The notes beneath the pieces are model-generated. The model saw only the letters and a program-made list of their open reading frames with translations. It was not told the DNA's origin and did not search any database. DNA of 64,000 bases from assembly GCA_044344255.1 (NCBI GenBank), contig JBIJDH010000002.1, positions 288,001 to 352,000 of the forward strand, read 5' to 3'. Within the stretch, counting starts at the first letter, position 1; every line of letters begins with the position of its first letter. The translations under genes and the position numbers were made by a program. Source of the DNA: Myxococcota bacterium. Its GTDB lineage: Bacteria; Myxococcota_A; UBA796; UBA2385. Positions 28,182 to 38,581 of the stretch are shown here, piece by piece.

Positions 28182-28910
28182 TCAGCGGAGGTGGGCCCCG
28201 AGCTCGACGCCGGCCTGTACGAGCCACCACTCCTCGAGCGCCGTGGGGTCGAGCCCGCTCCGCTGGGTCGCCCAGCTGGCGCGGAGGAGCAGGTCCGCGA
28301 AGCTGCGATCGGTCACCCGGCGACGAAGCCCGGCCTCAAAGCTGAGGGTGGGGAGCGCCAGCGGCCCACCGTGGTAGGCGTCGAGGTCGAGGCGGCCGAA
28401 GCCGAGCCCGAAGTCGGGGCTGAAGGGGGCGGAGGGGTCACCGCGCAGCACGCCCAACACGCCGTAGTGGATGTAGTCGATGGCGATCTCTTCGGTGGCC
28501 TCCGCCTCGGCGCCAGAGGTGGGGTTGGTCGCCTCCCCGCTTGGCTCCAGCGCCACCTGTCCGGGCCAGACCGAGGTGGCCCCCCAGAGGCTGAGCCCGA
28601 GGCGGGGGCCGCTCGCTGCGCGGCTGACCGCGAAGGCGTCGTAGCGGAACATCAGCGCGCCGTGGACCCCGGACTCCGGCCAGGGGCCTGCGAGGGTGCC
28701 CGCGAGGTAGCCGAGGGCGAGGTCGGCCCCGAAGGGGGGCGGATCGTCGGGAGTGGGCGCCTGGTCGCGCCGATCCGGGGTGGAGGGCGGCGGCGCTGGG
28801 GGCGGCGGGAAGGTGATCGGCCCCTCGGCCCAGCCCTCCGAGGCGGCGCCGATCATGGCTCCGCAGAGGAGGGCGAGGCGCGAGGCGAGCGGGCCGAGGC
28901 GGGAGTTCAT
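28182..28910 (-). CDS. Hypothetical exported protein, probable small outer-membrane beta-barrel
   Basis: Signal peptide, Pro-rich linker, alternating beta-strands and terminal LVQAGVELGAHLR. Overlaps the upstream kinase stop. Confidence 0.55.
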   Translation of the reverse strand: MNSRLGPLASRLALLCGAMIGAASEGWAEGPITFPPPPAPPPSTPDRRDQAPTPDDPPPFGADLALGYLAGTLAGPWPESGVHGALMFRYDAFAVSRAASGPRLGLSLWGATSVWPGQVALEPSGEATNPTSGAEAEATEEIAIDYIHYGVLGVLRGDPSAPFSPDFGLGFGRLDLDAYHGGPLALPTLSFEAGLRRRVTDRSFADLLLRASWATQRSGLDPTALEEWWLVQAGVELGAHLR

Positions 28911-29911
28911 GAGGGCCCCGTGAGGGCCGACCAGGCCGAGAGGCCCGCCAGCCCGAGGTGATGGATGGCGGCGCGGGCGCTCTCCTCGTCGGGGAAGAGC
29001 GCGATCACGGAGCCGTCTCCGCCAGCGCCGGAGAACTTGGCCCCCAGAGAGCCCGACTCTCGGAGGGCGCGACAGGTCCGGATGAGCTCGGGGGCGCGGA
29101 GCTCCGGGACGACGGCGGCCATGTCTTCGTAGGCCTCTTGGGCGGTGTTCATCGCCACACCGAGGCGCTCGGGCTCCCCCTGCTCGAGGGCGCCGGCGGC
29201 AGCCTCGGCGAGGCTGGCGAAGAGGGCGAGGCCCTCCCGCACCGCGCGCACCGCCTCGGGGTGGAGGGGGGCGCGGAGGTCGTCCTCGTGGTGCCGATGC
29301 AGCGCGCTGAGGATGGCGCCAGTGTTCCTCGGCGCCTTGAAGGCCGCGAGCACAAAGTGGAAGTCGTGAGCGGGCCGGACGCGCCGGAGCGGCGCCGTGC
29401 CTTCGCGCCACTGCAAGAAGACCGGGGAGCCGGCGACGCAGGCGAGGGGGTCGAGGCGCCCGCACTCCACGCCGAGCAGGTCGTGCTCCAGGCGAAAGGC
29501 GAGCTCGGCCAGCTCCTCGGCGTCGAGCACGCAGCCCGCGTGTCGGGAGAGGGCGTCGAGCACGGCGAGGCTGAAGGCCGCGGACGAGGAGAAGCCTCGG
29601 CCAGGCGGCAGGGTGGAGTACACCCACAGCAAGGCGGGAGGGAGGACCAGCCCCCGCTGGTGGAGGAGCGCGGCGGCGGCGGGCACGAAGCGGAGCGCGC
29701 CGCCCGCGCGGTCGATCCGCCCGCGGATAGGCCAGCGGCCCTCTTGCAGCTCCCCGTCGAGCGCGGTGCGGACGCGCAGGTCTCGCTCCGCCTCCTCCAC
29801 GGTCACCTGGACGCTCAGGGGCAGGGGGATGGCGAGGCTGGCGCCGCCCGCCCAGTCACAATGCTCTCCGATCAAGCAGGCTCGACCTGGATATCGAACC
29901 GTCAGCGACAT
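28907..29911 (-). CDS. GHMP kinase, galactokinase-like
   Basis: PGRACLIGEHCD, PPGRGFSSSAA, CGRLD and GAKFSGAGGDG. Confidence 0.85.
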   Translation of the reverse strand: MSLTVRYPGRACLIGEHCDWAGGASLAIPLPLSVQVTVEEAERDLRVRTALDGELQEGRWPIRGRIDRAGGALRFVPAAAALLHQRGLVLPPALLWVYSTLPPGRGFSSSAAFSLAVLDALSRHAGCVLDAEELAELAFRLEHDLLGVECGRLDPLACVAGSPVFLQWREGTAPLRRVRPAHDFHFVLAAFKAPRNTGAILSALHRHHEDDLRAPLHPEAVRAVREGLALFASLAEAAAGALEQGEPERLGVAMNTAQEAYEDMAAVVPELRAPELIRTCRALRESGSLGAKFSGAGGDGSVIALFPDEESARAAIHHLGLAGLSAWSALTGPS

Positions 29912-29950
29912 CTGTGGGTCCGCATGGCAGGGATCAAGCGCTCCGGGGCC

Positions 29951-30196
29951 CTAATAGCACTCTCGCGCGCCGTACTCGTGCCGCAGCTCGCGACACTCCC
30001 GGAGCTCGGCGCGGCTGGGATCATCGAGCTCCTTTACGCACTGCTCGACGTTGGCCCAACCCTCTTCGGCGAACTCGGTCTCCCAGGTGGTGCCACACTC
30101 CTTCACCCAGCGGTCGAGCGACTGGCACATGTCGACACAAGGGCGCTCACAGCCGGAGGTGCCGAGGGCCGCGAGGAGGGAGAGGGTAGGTCGCAT
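29951..30196 (-). CDS. Small Cys-rich lipoprotein
   Basis: Lipobox TSGC, C..MC, and several further cysteines in 81 aa. Confidence 0.6.
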   Translation of the reverse strand: MRPTLSLLAALGTSGCERPCVDMCQSLDRWVKECGTTWETEFAEEGWANVEQCVKELDDPSRAELRECRELRHEYGARECY

Positions 30197-30225
30197 CTCG
30201 GCAGTCTACCCCGGTTGGTGCCAGC

Positions 30226-32007
30226 TCAGGCGCCGGCTTCCTCGGTCGGAGGTGAGAGGGCGCTCGGCATCGAGGCGAGCTGCATGGACAGCCAGAGGCG
30301 GTTGAGGGACTCCGCCTCGCGCACGGTCAACGAATTGAAGGCGCAGCCCGCCCGACGAAGCTCGGGGAGGTCGGGGAGGGCCTTCGTGTACCGAACCACC
30401 GCCGCGACGCGGACTTGATGGTTACGGAAGCGGATGTCGAAGACGAGGGGTGTCCCCACCTCCACGCTGGCGGGCAACAGCAGGCTGCAGCCGCCGAGCG
30501 AGAGGTTGGAGAGGTGGACCTTCTCGCTCCCGTCGCCGTTCGGCCAGGGGAGACGGGGAGAGATCGTGGACCAGAGCTCCAAAGAGCCCACAGCGCGAAA
30601 GCTGGCGCGGCGATCGGAGCGGCCAAGGTAGACGATGTCCTCGACGCGGGCCTCGCGCTCCGCCGTCACGAGGCCGGGGAGCGTCACCGGCAGCCGGGCG
30701 CCGATGATGCGGCGAAGGTTCTCGGCGTAGATGCTACGGATGCGCATCGGCGGCCGGATCAGGTGGCAGACGTCGGTGGGGTCGGTCTCGTGGGAGATCC
30801 GCTCGCGGACCTCGTCCACCTCGATCGCCGGCTCGTCGGCCTCCACGTGTCCCGTGCCGTCCAGGCGCAACACCCGGAGCTCGTCCCCGTGCATCACGAG
30901 CTGGGCCCGCTCGAAGCAGGAGCGCCCAACATGCTTCCAGACGCTGGCGACGAAGTCTGGGCGCTGCTGGCGGCGGGCGAGGCGCCCCAAGGTGAGGGGG
31001 TCGGTGCAGACGCCCCCCGGCTCGCTGGGGGGATCGTCCACGAGGGTCATGGGCAGGAGGCGCTCGGCGATCTGGTCGAATTCGCCGAGCGCGTCGTCCA
31101 TCAGGAAGGAGTGTCGCTCACTTCGGGTCTCCAAGGTGAGGTGATCGCGCTCGGCCCCTTCGACGGCCACCCTCCGTACGGTGGACCAAGGGACCTCCCT
31201 CGCCTCACCTTCATGGACGAGCCCAGTGAGCCCGTGGACGGCGAAGTGAAAGCCATGATCGGTCATCAGCATCTTGCCGGTCTGCTGAACGGGCCCTCGG
31301 GTCACGCCGATGTCGATCAGCCGCAGGCCGCTCGAGCGGAGCGGCCGCTGGGCGCCGACGCCCATGGCGACGAGGGCTCCGAACACCGGCCACACCAGGG
31401 CGCCCTCCAGCCGCACCTCGCCCGCGGGGGTGGAGATGACGAGGAGGCGACCGGCGTGCAGGAGGGTCGTGTGGGAGATGTCCCGGTGCGCGACGGACCA
31501 CTCCGCGCGGTTCAGCAGCAGGCGCTCAAGGCCGCTCGGTCGGAAGCGGAGGCCGTCGGTGGTGAGCCTCAGCTCGCCGGCGGTCGACATGAGGCCGTCG
31601 GTGGAGCGGGTGGCGGAGCCGCAGATGAGCAGGCGCCCCGGGGCTTCGGAGGCTGGCTGCGAGAGCAGCACCTGGAGGAGCGAGACGGCGATTGCGTCGT
31701 TGTACTTGCTGACCAGCTTTCGGCGCTCCGAGCCCGCGTGGACGACCAGGTTTCGGTCGACTCCGACCATCTGGAGGTGGTCCAGGGATTGGAGAGGGAG
31801 CGCCCAGCCGCCCCGCGTGGCCGGCTCGAATTTGACCTCGCCACTTTCGACCGAGATAAAGCCGCGGCGAGACAACAGGCCGGTGTTGTCGAGCACCGCG
31901 AAGCGCAGGGGCGGGGCCCCCGCTCCGCCACCGAGCGTCTGCTCGGGAGCGCCGGCGTGGGCGGCCGTCGAGGGCAGAGCGGATGGCGCTGAAGCGACGG
32001 CGGGCAC
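30226..32007 (-). CDS. PilZ-domain protein with N-terminal PH/GRAM-like repeats
   Basis: C-terminal RRASFR and NLSLGG (RxxxR and D/NxSxxG). Repeated G.L.LT..GL.F strands upstream. Confidence 0.7.
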   Translation of the reverse strand: MPAVASAPSALPSTAAHAGAPEQTLGGGAGAPPLRFAVLDNTGLLSRRGFISVESGEVKFEPATRGGWALPLQSLDHLQMVGVDRNLVVHAGSERRKLVSKYNDAIAVSLLQVLLSQPASEAPGRLLICGSATRSTDGLMSTAGELRLTTDGLRFRPSGLERLLLNRAEWSVAHRDISHTTLLHAGRLLVISTPAGEVRLEGALVWPVFGALVAMGVGAQRPLRSSGLRLIDIGVTRGPVQQTGKMLMTDHGFHFAVHGLTGLVHEGEAREVPWSTVRRVAVEGAERDHLTLETRSERHSFLMDDALGEFDQIAERLLPMTLVDDPPSEPGGVCTDPLTLGRLARRQQRPDFVASVWKHVGRSCFERAQLVMHGDELRVLRLDGTGHVEADEPAIEVDEVRERISHETDPTDVCHLIRPPMRIRSIYAENLRRIIGARLPVTLPGLVTAEREARVEDIVYLGRSDRRASFRAVGSLELWSTISPRLPWPNGDGSEKVHLSNLSLGGCSLLLPASVEVGTPLVFDIRFRNHQVRVAAVVRYTKALPDLPELRRAGCAFNSLTVREAESLNRLWLSMQLASMPSALSPPTEEAGA

Positions 32008-32242
32008 GGTGATCCTCGGGGGCAGCGGGGAGCGGTCAGCGGGAGGGACGAGGTTTAGTCTCCAATACCCCGGCGTGTGGCCGTCGTCTTTGCCAGTCGT
32101 TCGTCCACTTGTAACGAAGTGTAACGCTGGTCGGAGGCGTGACGCAGGCTCGTTCGGTCGCGCCGGTGCGCGGGGGCTGGCCCGAGGGATCGAGCGGCCG
32201 GGCGGCGGACCTGGGGCTACACTTGGGACCTCGGAGGACGGA

Positions 32243-33136
32243 ATGGGGTCGAGACACGCAGCCGGTCAGCAGTCGCTCTTGCTGTGGGGGCTCCTCGGGC
32301 TCCTCGGGCTCCCCGGCTGCTCGGGCAAGGGCGAGGGAGAGGACACGGGCGACAGCGCGCCCGCGCTCGGCCAATGGACCGACGTGGGGCTCGGCTCCGA
32401 ACATAGCTGCGCGCTCAGCCGGGTGGGCGACGTCATCTGCTGGGGGAGCGCAGACCAGGAGCAGACCAAGGTCCCGCGGGGGCGGGAGTTCTCGGGGCTT
32501 GGCGTCACGAGCACCTGGAATTGCGGCGTTGAACTCGACGGGGAGGCGGAGTGTTGGGGTGCGGTGCCCGACGAGGTCAACCGCAACGGCACCCCGGCGG
32601 GCCCCCTCTCGGGGATCATCGGCGGCGCGGCTTCTCTCTGCGCGCTTGACGCCTCGGGGGCGGCGGTCTGTTGGGGCGGGCTCAGCGAGGGCTCCGCCGG
32701 GCCCTACGAGCAGCTCGGGGCGGCCTCCGACGTCGCCTGCGGCCGCTCCTCGGCGGGCTCGCTCACCTGCTGGGGCAACCCCTCCTCGCCGTTGATGGAC
32801 TTCCCGACGGGCACCTTCCAGGACTTCTCGATCTGGTCGACCCACGGCTGCGGGCTCCACGAAAACGGGAAGGTCGAGTGTTGGGGCTACGACGCGGATG
32901 GCCGCCTCGACGCCCCGGACGCCGAGTTCACGCGGGTCGTGGTGGGGAGCAGCCAGAGCTGCGCCCTCGCGGCGAGCGGTGAGATGACCTGTTGGGGCAA
33001 GGCTGCCGCGCCCGTCGCCGGCGCCTGGTCGGAGATCGCCCTCGGCGTGTCTCATGGCTGCGGGGTCACCGCCGACAACGCGCTCTCCTGTTGGGGTACA
33101 AATTCCCACGGCGACACCGTCCCGCCGACCGAGTGA
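32243..33136 (+). CDS. RCC1/BLIP-II repeat lipoprotein
   Basis: Lipobox LPGC and about seven repeats of G..HSCAL...G.V.CWG. Confidence 0.85.
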   Translation: MGSRHAAGQQSLLLWGLLGLLGLPGCSGKGEGEDTGDSAPALGQWTDVGLGSEHSCALSRVGDVICWGSADQEQTKVPRGREFSGLGVTSTWNCGVELDGEAECWGAVPDEVNRNGTPAGPLSGIIGGAASLCALDASGAAVCWGGLSEGSAGPYEQLGAASDVACGRSSAGSLTCWGNPSSPLMDFPTGTFQDFSIWSTHGCGLHENGKVECWGYDADGRLDAPDAEFTRVVVGSSQSCALAASGEMTCWGKAAAPVAGAWSEIALGVSHGCGVTADNALSCWGTNSHGDTVPPTE

Positions 33137-33183
33137 TCGGCTATCTACGCCCGCGACGTCCACCTGGGTTCGGAGCCCCCTGC

Positions 33184-33924
33184 ATGCGCCCCACCGTTGA
33201 ATTTCCGCCCCCCGCCGCGGCCTCCTCCGCGGGGCGCCCTTCGGCCCCCGTCTACGGGGCGCTCCTGGCCGTGATCCTCGGCGGGGGGTTGATCAACTCC
33301 CCTGCGGCCGTCGCCGCCAAGAAGGCGGCCGCCGCCAAGAAGAGCGAGGTCCCCACCGAGATCCTGCCCGGTGGGGCGCCCTCGCTCACCGACACTGTTG
33401 GCTACCTCACCCGCTCCGTCTCCCAATTTCCGAGCAAGGTCCGCCCGTGTAAAGCCGCTTCGACCTTGGAGATCAGCCCGGAGGGAGCGGTCAAGCTCAC
33501 CACCCTGCGGCAGACCTACTGTGAAGACAGCCTCGTGGTGGTCCACCTTCAGGACCTTGACGCCAGCACGGTGCGGACGGTGTGGACCCCCGCCCCGGCG
33601 CTGATCGTCGGCTGCAAGGCGGGGGCCACCTGTGCCACGGTCAGCGTCCGGCGGAAGTCGCTCACCCCCGCGGGGTGGATCCTGCGCGACACCGACTGGG
33701 TGCCCGGGGTGCTGGAGACGATGCCGGCGCGGCAGGCGCAGCTCGAGATCGCGCTCGACGCCGACGCCCACACCCAGGAGCGCCTCGCCAACGGCCTCCG
33801 CTACTTGATCACGACGGCCGCGGCGGCCCCGGAGTTCCAGCTCCCGGCGGATCCCTTTGTGACCGCACCGGTCGCCGCGAGTGAAGAGGTTGCGCCGGCC
33901 GAGCCGGGCGTCGCCGCTCCCTGA
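33184..33924 (+). CDS. Hypothetical exported protein
   Basis: Signal-like hydrophobic segment, four cysteines and coding-like codon pattern. Confidence 0.55.
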   Translation: MRPTVEFPPPAAASSAGRPSAPVYGALLAVILGGGLINSPAAVAAKKAAAAKKSEVPTEILPGGAPSLTDTVGYLTRSVSQFPSKVRPCKAASTLEISPEGAVKLTTLRQTYCEDSLVVVHLQDLDASTVRTVWTPAPALIVGCKAGATCATVSVRRKSLTPAGWILRDTDWVPGVLETMPARQAQLEIALDADAHTQERLANGLRYLITTAAAAPEFQLPADPFVTAPVAASEEVAPAEPGVAAP

Positions 33925-33969
33925 GGGCCCTCGAAACACGAAGCTCCCGGGTGCGGCAGATCGGTGGGG

Positions 33970-34476
33970 TCAATCGCCGCGGCGGTCGCCCGTGCCCGGC
34001 GCCGGCTTCGGAGCTGCGGGGGGGTGGTTCTTTCGTCCGCCGCGACCGGTGACGCCGGCGATACGATCGAGGATGCCATTGACGAAGGACTTGCTCTCCT
34101 TGTCGCCGAAGCGCTTGGCGAGCTCGACGGCCTCGTTGATGCTGACGCTGGCTGGCACTTCGGGGCAGGTGAGCAGCTCGTAAGCGGCGAGTCGCAGGAT
34201 GTTTCGATCGACCACCGGCATGCGGACGAGGCGCCAGTTTTGGCTGGCACCCTCGATGAGGGGATCGACCTCGGCCCGCCGCTTCTCGACGCCGAGCACC
34301 AGCGACTCGGCGAATTCAATCTCATCGGGCTCGGCCGGGCGCGGCGCCTCGACCACCCCCTCCAGATCGAGCTGGCCGGCCCAGAGGGCGCGCAGGGCCT
34401 CCCGACCGGTGGTGCCGGCGAGGTCTACCTGAAAGAGGGCTTGGAGGGCGAATTCGCGAGCGCGGCGACGGGCCAT
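33970..34476 (-). CDS. nusB: Transcription antitermination factor NusB
   Basis: RRRAREFALQALFQ, DRNILR, INEAVELAKRF and FVNGILD. Confidence 0.96.
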   Translation of the reverse strand: MARRRAREFALQALFQVDLAGTTGREALRALWAGQLDLEGVVEAPRPAEPDEIEFAESLVLGVEKRRAEVDPLIEGASQNWRLVRMPVVDRNILRLAAYELLTCPEVPASVSINEAVELAKRFGDKESKSFVNGILDRIAGVTGRGGRKNHPPAAPKPAPGTGDRRGD

Positions 34477-34477
34477 T

Positions 34478-34954
34478 TCAGCGGCCGCCCAGGTTCTGGA
34501 GGAGGCCGACCATCTCGAGGGCGGCGAGCGCGGCCTCTACGCCCTTGTTTCCCATCTTGGTGCCGGCCCGCTCGATGGCCTGCTCGATGCTCTCGGTGGT
34601 GAGCACGCCGAAGGTGACGGGGACGCCGGTGTCGAGCATCACGGAGGCGAGGCCCTTCGTGACCTCCCCGGCCACATAGTCGAAGTGGGGGGTGCCTCCG
34701 CGGATCACACAGCCGAGGCCGATGATGGCGTCGAACTGGCCCGACTTGGCGAGGCGGCTGACGATGAGGGGCATCTCGTAGGCGCCCGGCACCCAGACCA
34801 CCGTGGCGCGAGCCTCGATGTCGACGCCGTGGCGGCGCAGGCAGTCGAGGGCGCCGTCCAAGAGGCGGCTGGTGATCAGATCGTTGAAGCGGGAGACGAC
34901 GAGGGCAAAGCGGCCGCCGGTATCGGTCAGGCCAGCTTCGATGACACGAGGCAT
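34478..34954 (-). CDS. ribH: 6,7-dimethyl-8-ribityllumazine synthase
   Basis: [22 protein letters not shown] and [13 protein letters not shown]. Confidence 0.97.
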   Translation of the reverse strand: MPRVIEAGLTDTGGRFALVVSRFNDLITSRLLDGALDCLRRHGVDIEARATVVWVPGAYEMPLIVSRLAKSGQFDAIIGLGCVIRGGTPHFDYVAGEVTKGLASVMLDTGVPVTFGVLTTESIEQAIERAGTKMGNKGVEAALAALEMVGLLQNLGGR

Positions 34955-34992
34955 GAGGGCTCGCTGGGCTCAGAAGGGGAGGGGGCCCCGCG

Positions 34993-36240
34993 CTAAGAGG
35001 CGGAGGGCTCGGAGGGGACGGAGACCGCGGTCTCCGGGAGGATGTGGCCGAGGGAGACGCGCCGCTCGCGGAGGAAGGCCGCGTTCTGGGCGGAGGCCGG
35101 GACCGTGAGCGGCACCCGCTCGGAGACCTCGAGGCCGTAGCCCTCGAGCCCGACGATCTTCCGGGGGTTGTTGGTCATCAGACGCAGCCTGCGGACGCCG
35201 AGGTCGACCAGCATCTGCGCGCCCATACCCATCTCGCGGAGCTCTCCGCCGCCGGCGTCTCCGGCCTTGGCGTCGGTCACCCCGAGGTGCGAGCGGACGC
35301 GGGCGATGAGGGCCTCGCCCTGAGCCACCGCGCCGACGTGCATGTAGAGGAGGACGCCCCCCTCGTCTCGGATGCGCTCGAGCGCGACGTCGAGCTGCGC
35401 CCCGCAGTCACAGGTGAGCGAGCCGAAGACATCACCCGTCGGACAGAAGGCCTGGACACGCGTGAGCACGGGCTCGTCGGCCTGGAGCGGGCCCCGCCAG
35501 AGCGCGAGATGGAGGCTCCCGTCGGTGGCGGTGCGGTACAGCCGCGCCTCGAGGCCGTCGAGGCTGCGGGTGCGGAGAGGGGCGTCAACTACCCGCTCGA
35601 CGAGCACCTCGTGGCGCATCCGATAGCGGATGATGTCGGCGACCGTGACGACCCGGATCTGGTGCTTCTCGCCGAAGCGGAGCAGATCGGGGAGGCGGGA
35701 CATGGTCCCGTCGTCGTTCATGACCTCGCAGATCACGCCGGAGGGGTTGAGCCCGGCGAGGCGGGCGAGATCCACCGAGCCTTCGGTCTGCCCCGTGCGT
35801 ACGAGCACGCCGCCATCCCGCGCCCGCAGGGGGAAGACGTGGCCCGGGGTGACGAGGTCTTGCGGGCCCTTGGCGGGGTCGATCGCCACGCGGATGGTGT
35901 GGGCGCGATCCGCGGCGCTGATGCCGGTGCTCACGCCCTCTCGCGCCTCGATGGAGACGGTGAAGGCGGTGCCGTAGGGGCTCTGGTTGTTGGTGGCCAT
36001 CATCGGGAGCTGAAGGTGGCGCACCCGGTCGCCGAGCATCGAGAGGCAGATCAGGCCGCGGCCGTGAGTGGCCATGAAGTTGATGGCCTCTGGCGTGACC
36101 GCCTCGGCGGCCATCGTGAGATCGCCCTCATTCTCGCGGTCTTCGTCATCAACGAGGATGACCATTCGGCCGGCGCGGATGTCTTCGATCGCGTACTCGA
36201 CCCGCTTGATGGGGTCCGTGTCCAACACCACGAAGCTCAT
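34993..36240 (-). CDS. ribB: 3,4-dihydroxy-2-butanone-4-phosphate synthase fused to a degenerate GTP cyclohydrolase II domain (RibBA/RibBX)
   Basis: [26 protein letters not shown] and GQTEGSVDL. The C-terminal domain has CPTGD..S.TCDC and TNNPRK but no EGRG. Confidence 0.9.
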   Translation of the reverse strand: MSFVVLDTDPIKRVEYAIEDIRAGRMVILVDDEDRENEGDLTMAAEAVTPEAINFMATHGRGLICLSMLGDRVRHLQLPMMATNNQSPYGTAFTVSIEAREGVSTGISAADRAHTIRVAIDPAKGPQDLVTPGHVFPLRARDGGVLVRTGQTEGSVDLARLAGLNPSGVICEVMNDDGTMSRLPDLLRFGEKHQIRVVTVADIIRYRMRHEVLVERVVDAPLRTRSLDGLEARLYRTATDGSLHLALWRGPLQADEPVLTRVQAFCPTGDVFGSLTCDCGAQLDVALERIRDEGGVLLYMHVGAVAQGEALIARVRSHLGVTDAKAGDAGGGELREMGMGAQMLVDLGVRRLRLMTNNPRKIVGLEGYGLEVSERVPLTVPASAQNAAFLRERRVSLGHILPETAVSVPSEPSAS

Positions 36241-36278
36241 GATCTTGTCTCTCCTGTGCTGGATCCAGCTGCACCCGA

Positions 36279-37010
36279 TCAACCGCCGCCCGACCTGGAT
36301 GGCGCGCGGCCGTATCCGAGGTCACGCAGGCGCGCCTCCGTCAGCGAGGCGCTCGGGTGCGCGCTGGGGCTGCTGTCGTCGCCGCCCCCCATCAGGCGCT
36401 CCACGTAACGAGCGAGGGTGTCGACCTCCAGGTTCACCGAATCCCCAGCGCGGCGCTCGCCCAGGGTGGTGTGGCCGGCTGTGAAGGGGATGATGTTGAT
36501 CCGGAAGCTCGTGCCGCGGACCTCGTTGACCGTCAGGCTCACCCCGTCCACGGTGATCGAGCCCTTGCGGGCGATGTACCGGCACAGCGCCGCGCCCGCG
36601 TCGATCTCGATGATCACGCTCTCGCTCGCAGGGGTGATCCGCTCCACGCGGCCGAGACCATCGACGTGACCGCTGACGAGGTGCCCGTCGAGGCGGTCTC
36701 CCATGCGGAGCGCCCGCTCGAGGTGCACCTTCGCGCCGATCGACAGCGTACCGAGGGTGGTCAAGGAGAGGGTCTCGGCGCCGGCGACCACGGTGAAGGT
36801 GGAGGGCGGAGAGAGGGCCTCGACGGTGAGGCAGGCCCCCATCACCGCGATGGAGTCGCCGAGGCCGATCCGCTCGCGATCGGCGGTGCCGATGCCCGCC
36901 GCCCCGGCCGGCGCGACCGAGAGCCGGGTGCGAATGTCGATGGCTCGCCCCGATCCGCGGGGTCTTACGCCGACGATGTGGCCGATGTCCTCGATGATCC
37001 CGCTGAACAT
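36279..37010 (-). CDS. ribE: Riboflavin synthase (alpha chain)
   Basis: [44 protein letters not shown] and NLEVD. Confidence 0.96.
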   Translation of the reverse strand: MFSGIIEDIGHIVGVRPRGSGRAIDIRTRLSVAPAGAAGIGTADRERIGLGDSIAVMGACLTVEALSPPSTFTVVAGAETLSLTTLGTLSIGAKVHLERALRMGDRLDGHLVSGHVDGLGRVERITPASESVIIEIDAGAALCRYIARKGSITVDGVSLTVNEVRGTSFRINIIPFTAGHTTLGERRAGDSVNLEVDTLARYVERLMGGGDDSSPSAHPSASLTEARLRDLGYGRAPSRSGGG

Positions 37011-38114
37011 TCAGGGCTCCAGGACGAGCTCGAGGTCATCGCCCCGCCGATGCAGGTCGATGAAGCGGAGGCGCGGCGCCTCGGCGAGGGCGAAGGGCGG
37101 GCCGCCGAGCCAGCCGGGGCCGCCCACGAGCAGCTTCGGAGAGAGGAAGAGGTGCACCCGATCGACGAGGCCGGCGGAGAGGAAGCTGCGGTGCACCGCG
37201 CCGCCGCCCTCGACGAGGAGGTTGTGGACGCCGCGCGCGAGCAGGCCGCGCATCAGCTCGTCGAGGTCGAGGCCGCCGGGACCGGCGCGCACGCGCAGCA
37301 GATCGGCGGGCAGCGCGGGGTCGATGGCGCCTTCCCCACAGACGATGAGGGGGCGGCGGCCCGCGCCGAACACCCGAGCGGAGGGGGGCACGCGGAGGTC
37401 GCGGTCGAGCAGGACGGGCAACGCGTCTCGGCCGCCGGAGATGCGGGTGTTGAGCGAAGGATCATCGGCGAGCAGGGTGCCCGTGCCCACAAGGACGGCG
37501 TCGTTCTGGTCGCGGAGGCGATGGCCCGCCTCGCGCGCCTCGGGGCCGGTGATCCAGCGGCTCTCGCCGGCGGCGGAGGCGATACGACCATCGAGGGTGG
37601 CGGCGGCCTTGAGGGTCACGAAGGGGCGGTGCAGCTCCTTGGCTCGGAGGTAGGCCACGTTGAGGGCCCGGCAGTCCGCGCCGCCCAGGCCCACCTCGAC
37701 CTCTATGCCGGCCTCGCGCAGGATCTCGATGCCCCGGCCGCGCATCCGCTCATCGGGATCGACCATGCCCACCACCACCCGCTGGACGCCGCTGCGCAGG
37801 AGCGCGTCCGTACAAGGGGGGGTGCGTCCGTGGTGGCAGCAGGGCTCGAGGTTCACGTACATCGTGGCCCCGGGCGCCCGCCCGCCGACGGCGCGGAGCG
37901 CGTCGACCTCGGCGTGGGCAGCGCCGGGCGCGCGGTGCCAGCCTTCGGCGATCACCCGCCCAGACTGGACGATCACCGCGCCCACCATCGGATTCGGGGC
38001 GGTCCGGCCGCGCGCCCGGGCGGCCAGCGCCAGGGCCTGAGCCATGTAGCGGGCCGTATCGGGCTCGCGCGGAGCGGCCTGGGGCGCCGGATCAGAGGTG
38101 AGGGGGCCGCTCAT
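37011..38114 (-). CDS. ribD: Diaminohydroxyphosphoribosylaminopyrimidine deaminase/reductase
   Basis: PNPMVG, HAE, LEPCCHHGRTPPC, LDGRIA, SRWIT and VEGG. Confidence 0.96.
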   Translation of the reverse strand: MSGPLTSDPAPQAAPREPDTARYMAQALALAARARGRTAPNPMVGAVIVQSGRVIAEGWHRAPGAAHAEVDALRAVGGRAPGATMYVNLEPCCHHGRTPPCTDALLRSGVQRVVVGMVDPDERMRGRGIEILREAGIEVEVGLGGADCRALNVAYLRAKELHRPFVTLKAAATLDGRIASAAGESRWITGPEAREAGHRLRDQNDAVLVGTGTLLADDPSLNTRISGGRDALPVLLDRDLRVPPSARVFGAGRRPLIVCGEGAIDPALPADLLRVRAGPGGLDLDELMRGLLARGVHNLLVEGGGAVHRSFLSAGLVDRVHLFLSPKLLVGGPGWLGGPPFALAEAPRLRFIDLHRRGDDLELVLEP

Positions 38115-38581
38115 CCGCGCTGCGGCCCAGGAGCCGCCTCCGCGAGCCAAGGCTGGAGCAAGGTCAGGAACTCGTCGGGTGAGCCCACCTCCTGATAGAC
38201 GCTGGCGAAGCGCAGCCAGGCGACACGGTCCAGGAGCTGCAGCTCGCGGAGCACGAGGCGGCCAATCTCTGCAGCGTGGACCTCGGGCTGGGTGCCGGCC
38301 AGCAGCGCCTGCTCGACCCGATCGGCCGCGACCTCAATCTGGTCGGCCGAGACAGGGCGCTTCCGGCAGGCGAGCTGGAGGCCGCCGAGGACCTTGTCCC
38401 GGTTGAAGGGCTCGCGCGAGCTGTCCTTCTTGACGATCAGCAGGGGCCGCTGCTCGACGCGCTCATGGGTGGTGAAGCGGAAGGAGCAGACGAGGCACTG
38501 GCGCCGCCGCCGGATGCCATCTCCCGACTGTCGGGTGTCGAGCACCCGCGTCTCCGGGTGATGGCATTGGGGACAATTCAC
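38111..38581 (-). CDS. nrdR: Transcriptional repressor NrdR
   Basis: CPQC, IRRRRQC..C..RFTTHE, ATP cone and RFASVY. Confidence 0.96.
   Translation of the reverse strand: MNCPQCHHPETRVLDTRQSGDGIRRRRQCLVCSFRFTTHERVEQRPLLIVKKDSSREPFNRDKVLGGLQLACRKRPVSADQIEVAADRVEQALLAGTQPEVHAAEIGRLVLRELQLLDRVAWLRFASVYQEVGSPDEFLTLLQPWLAEAAPGPQRG

Noticed and set aside
28907..29911. GHMP kinase as a mevalonate kinase feeding the terpene-like locus
   Set aside because: GEHCD and CGRLD motifs are galactokinase-like rather than the GEHAVVYG of mevalonate kinase, and the gene sits in a separate transcription unit.
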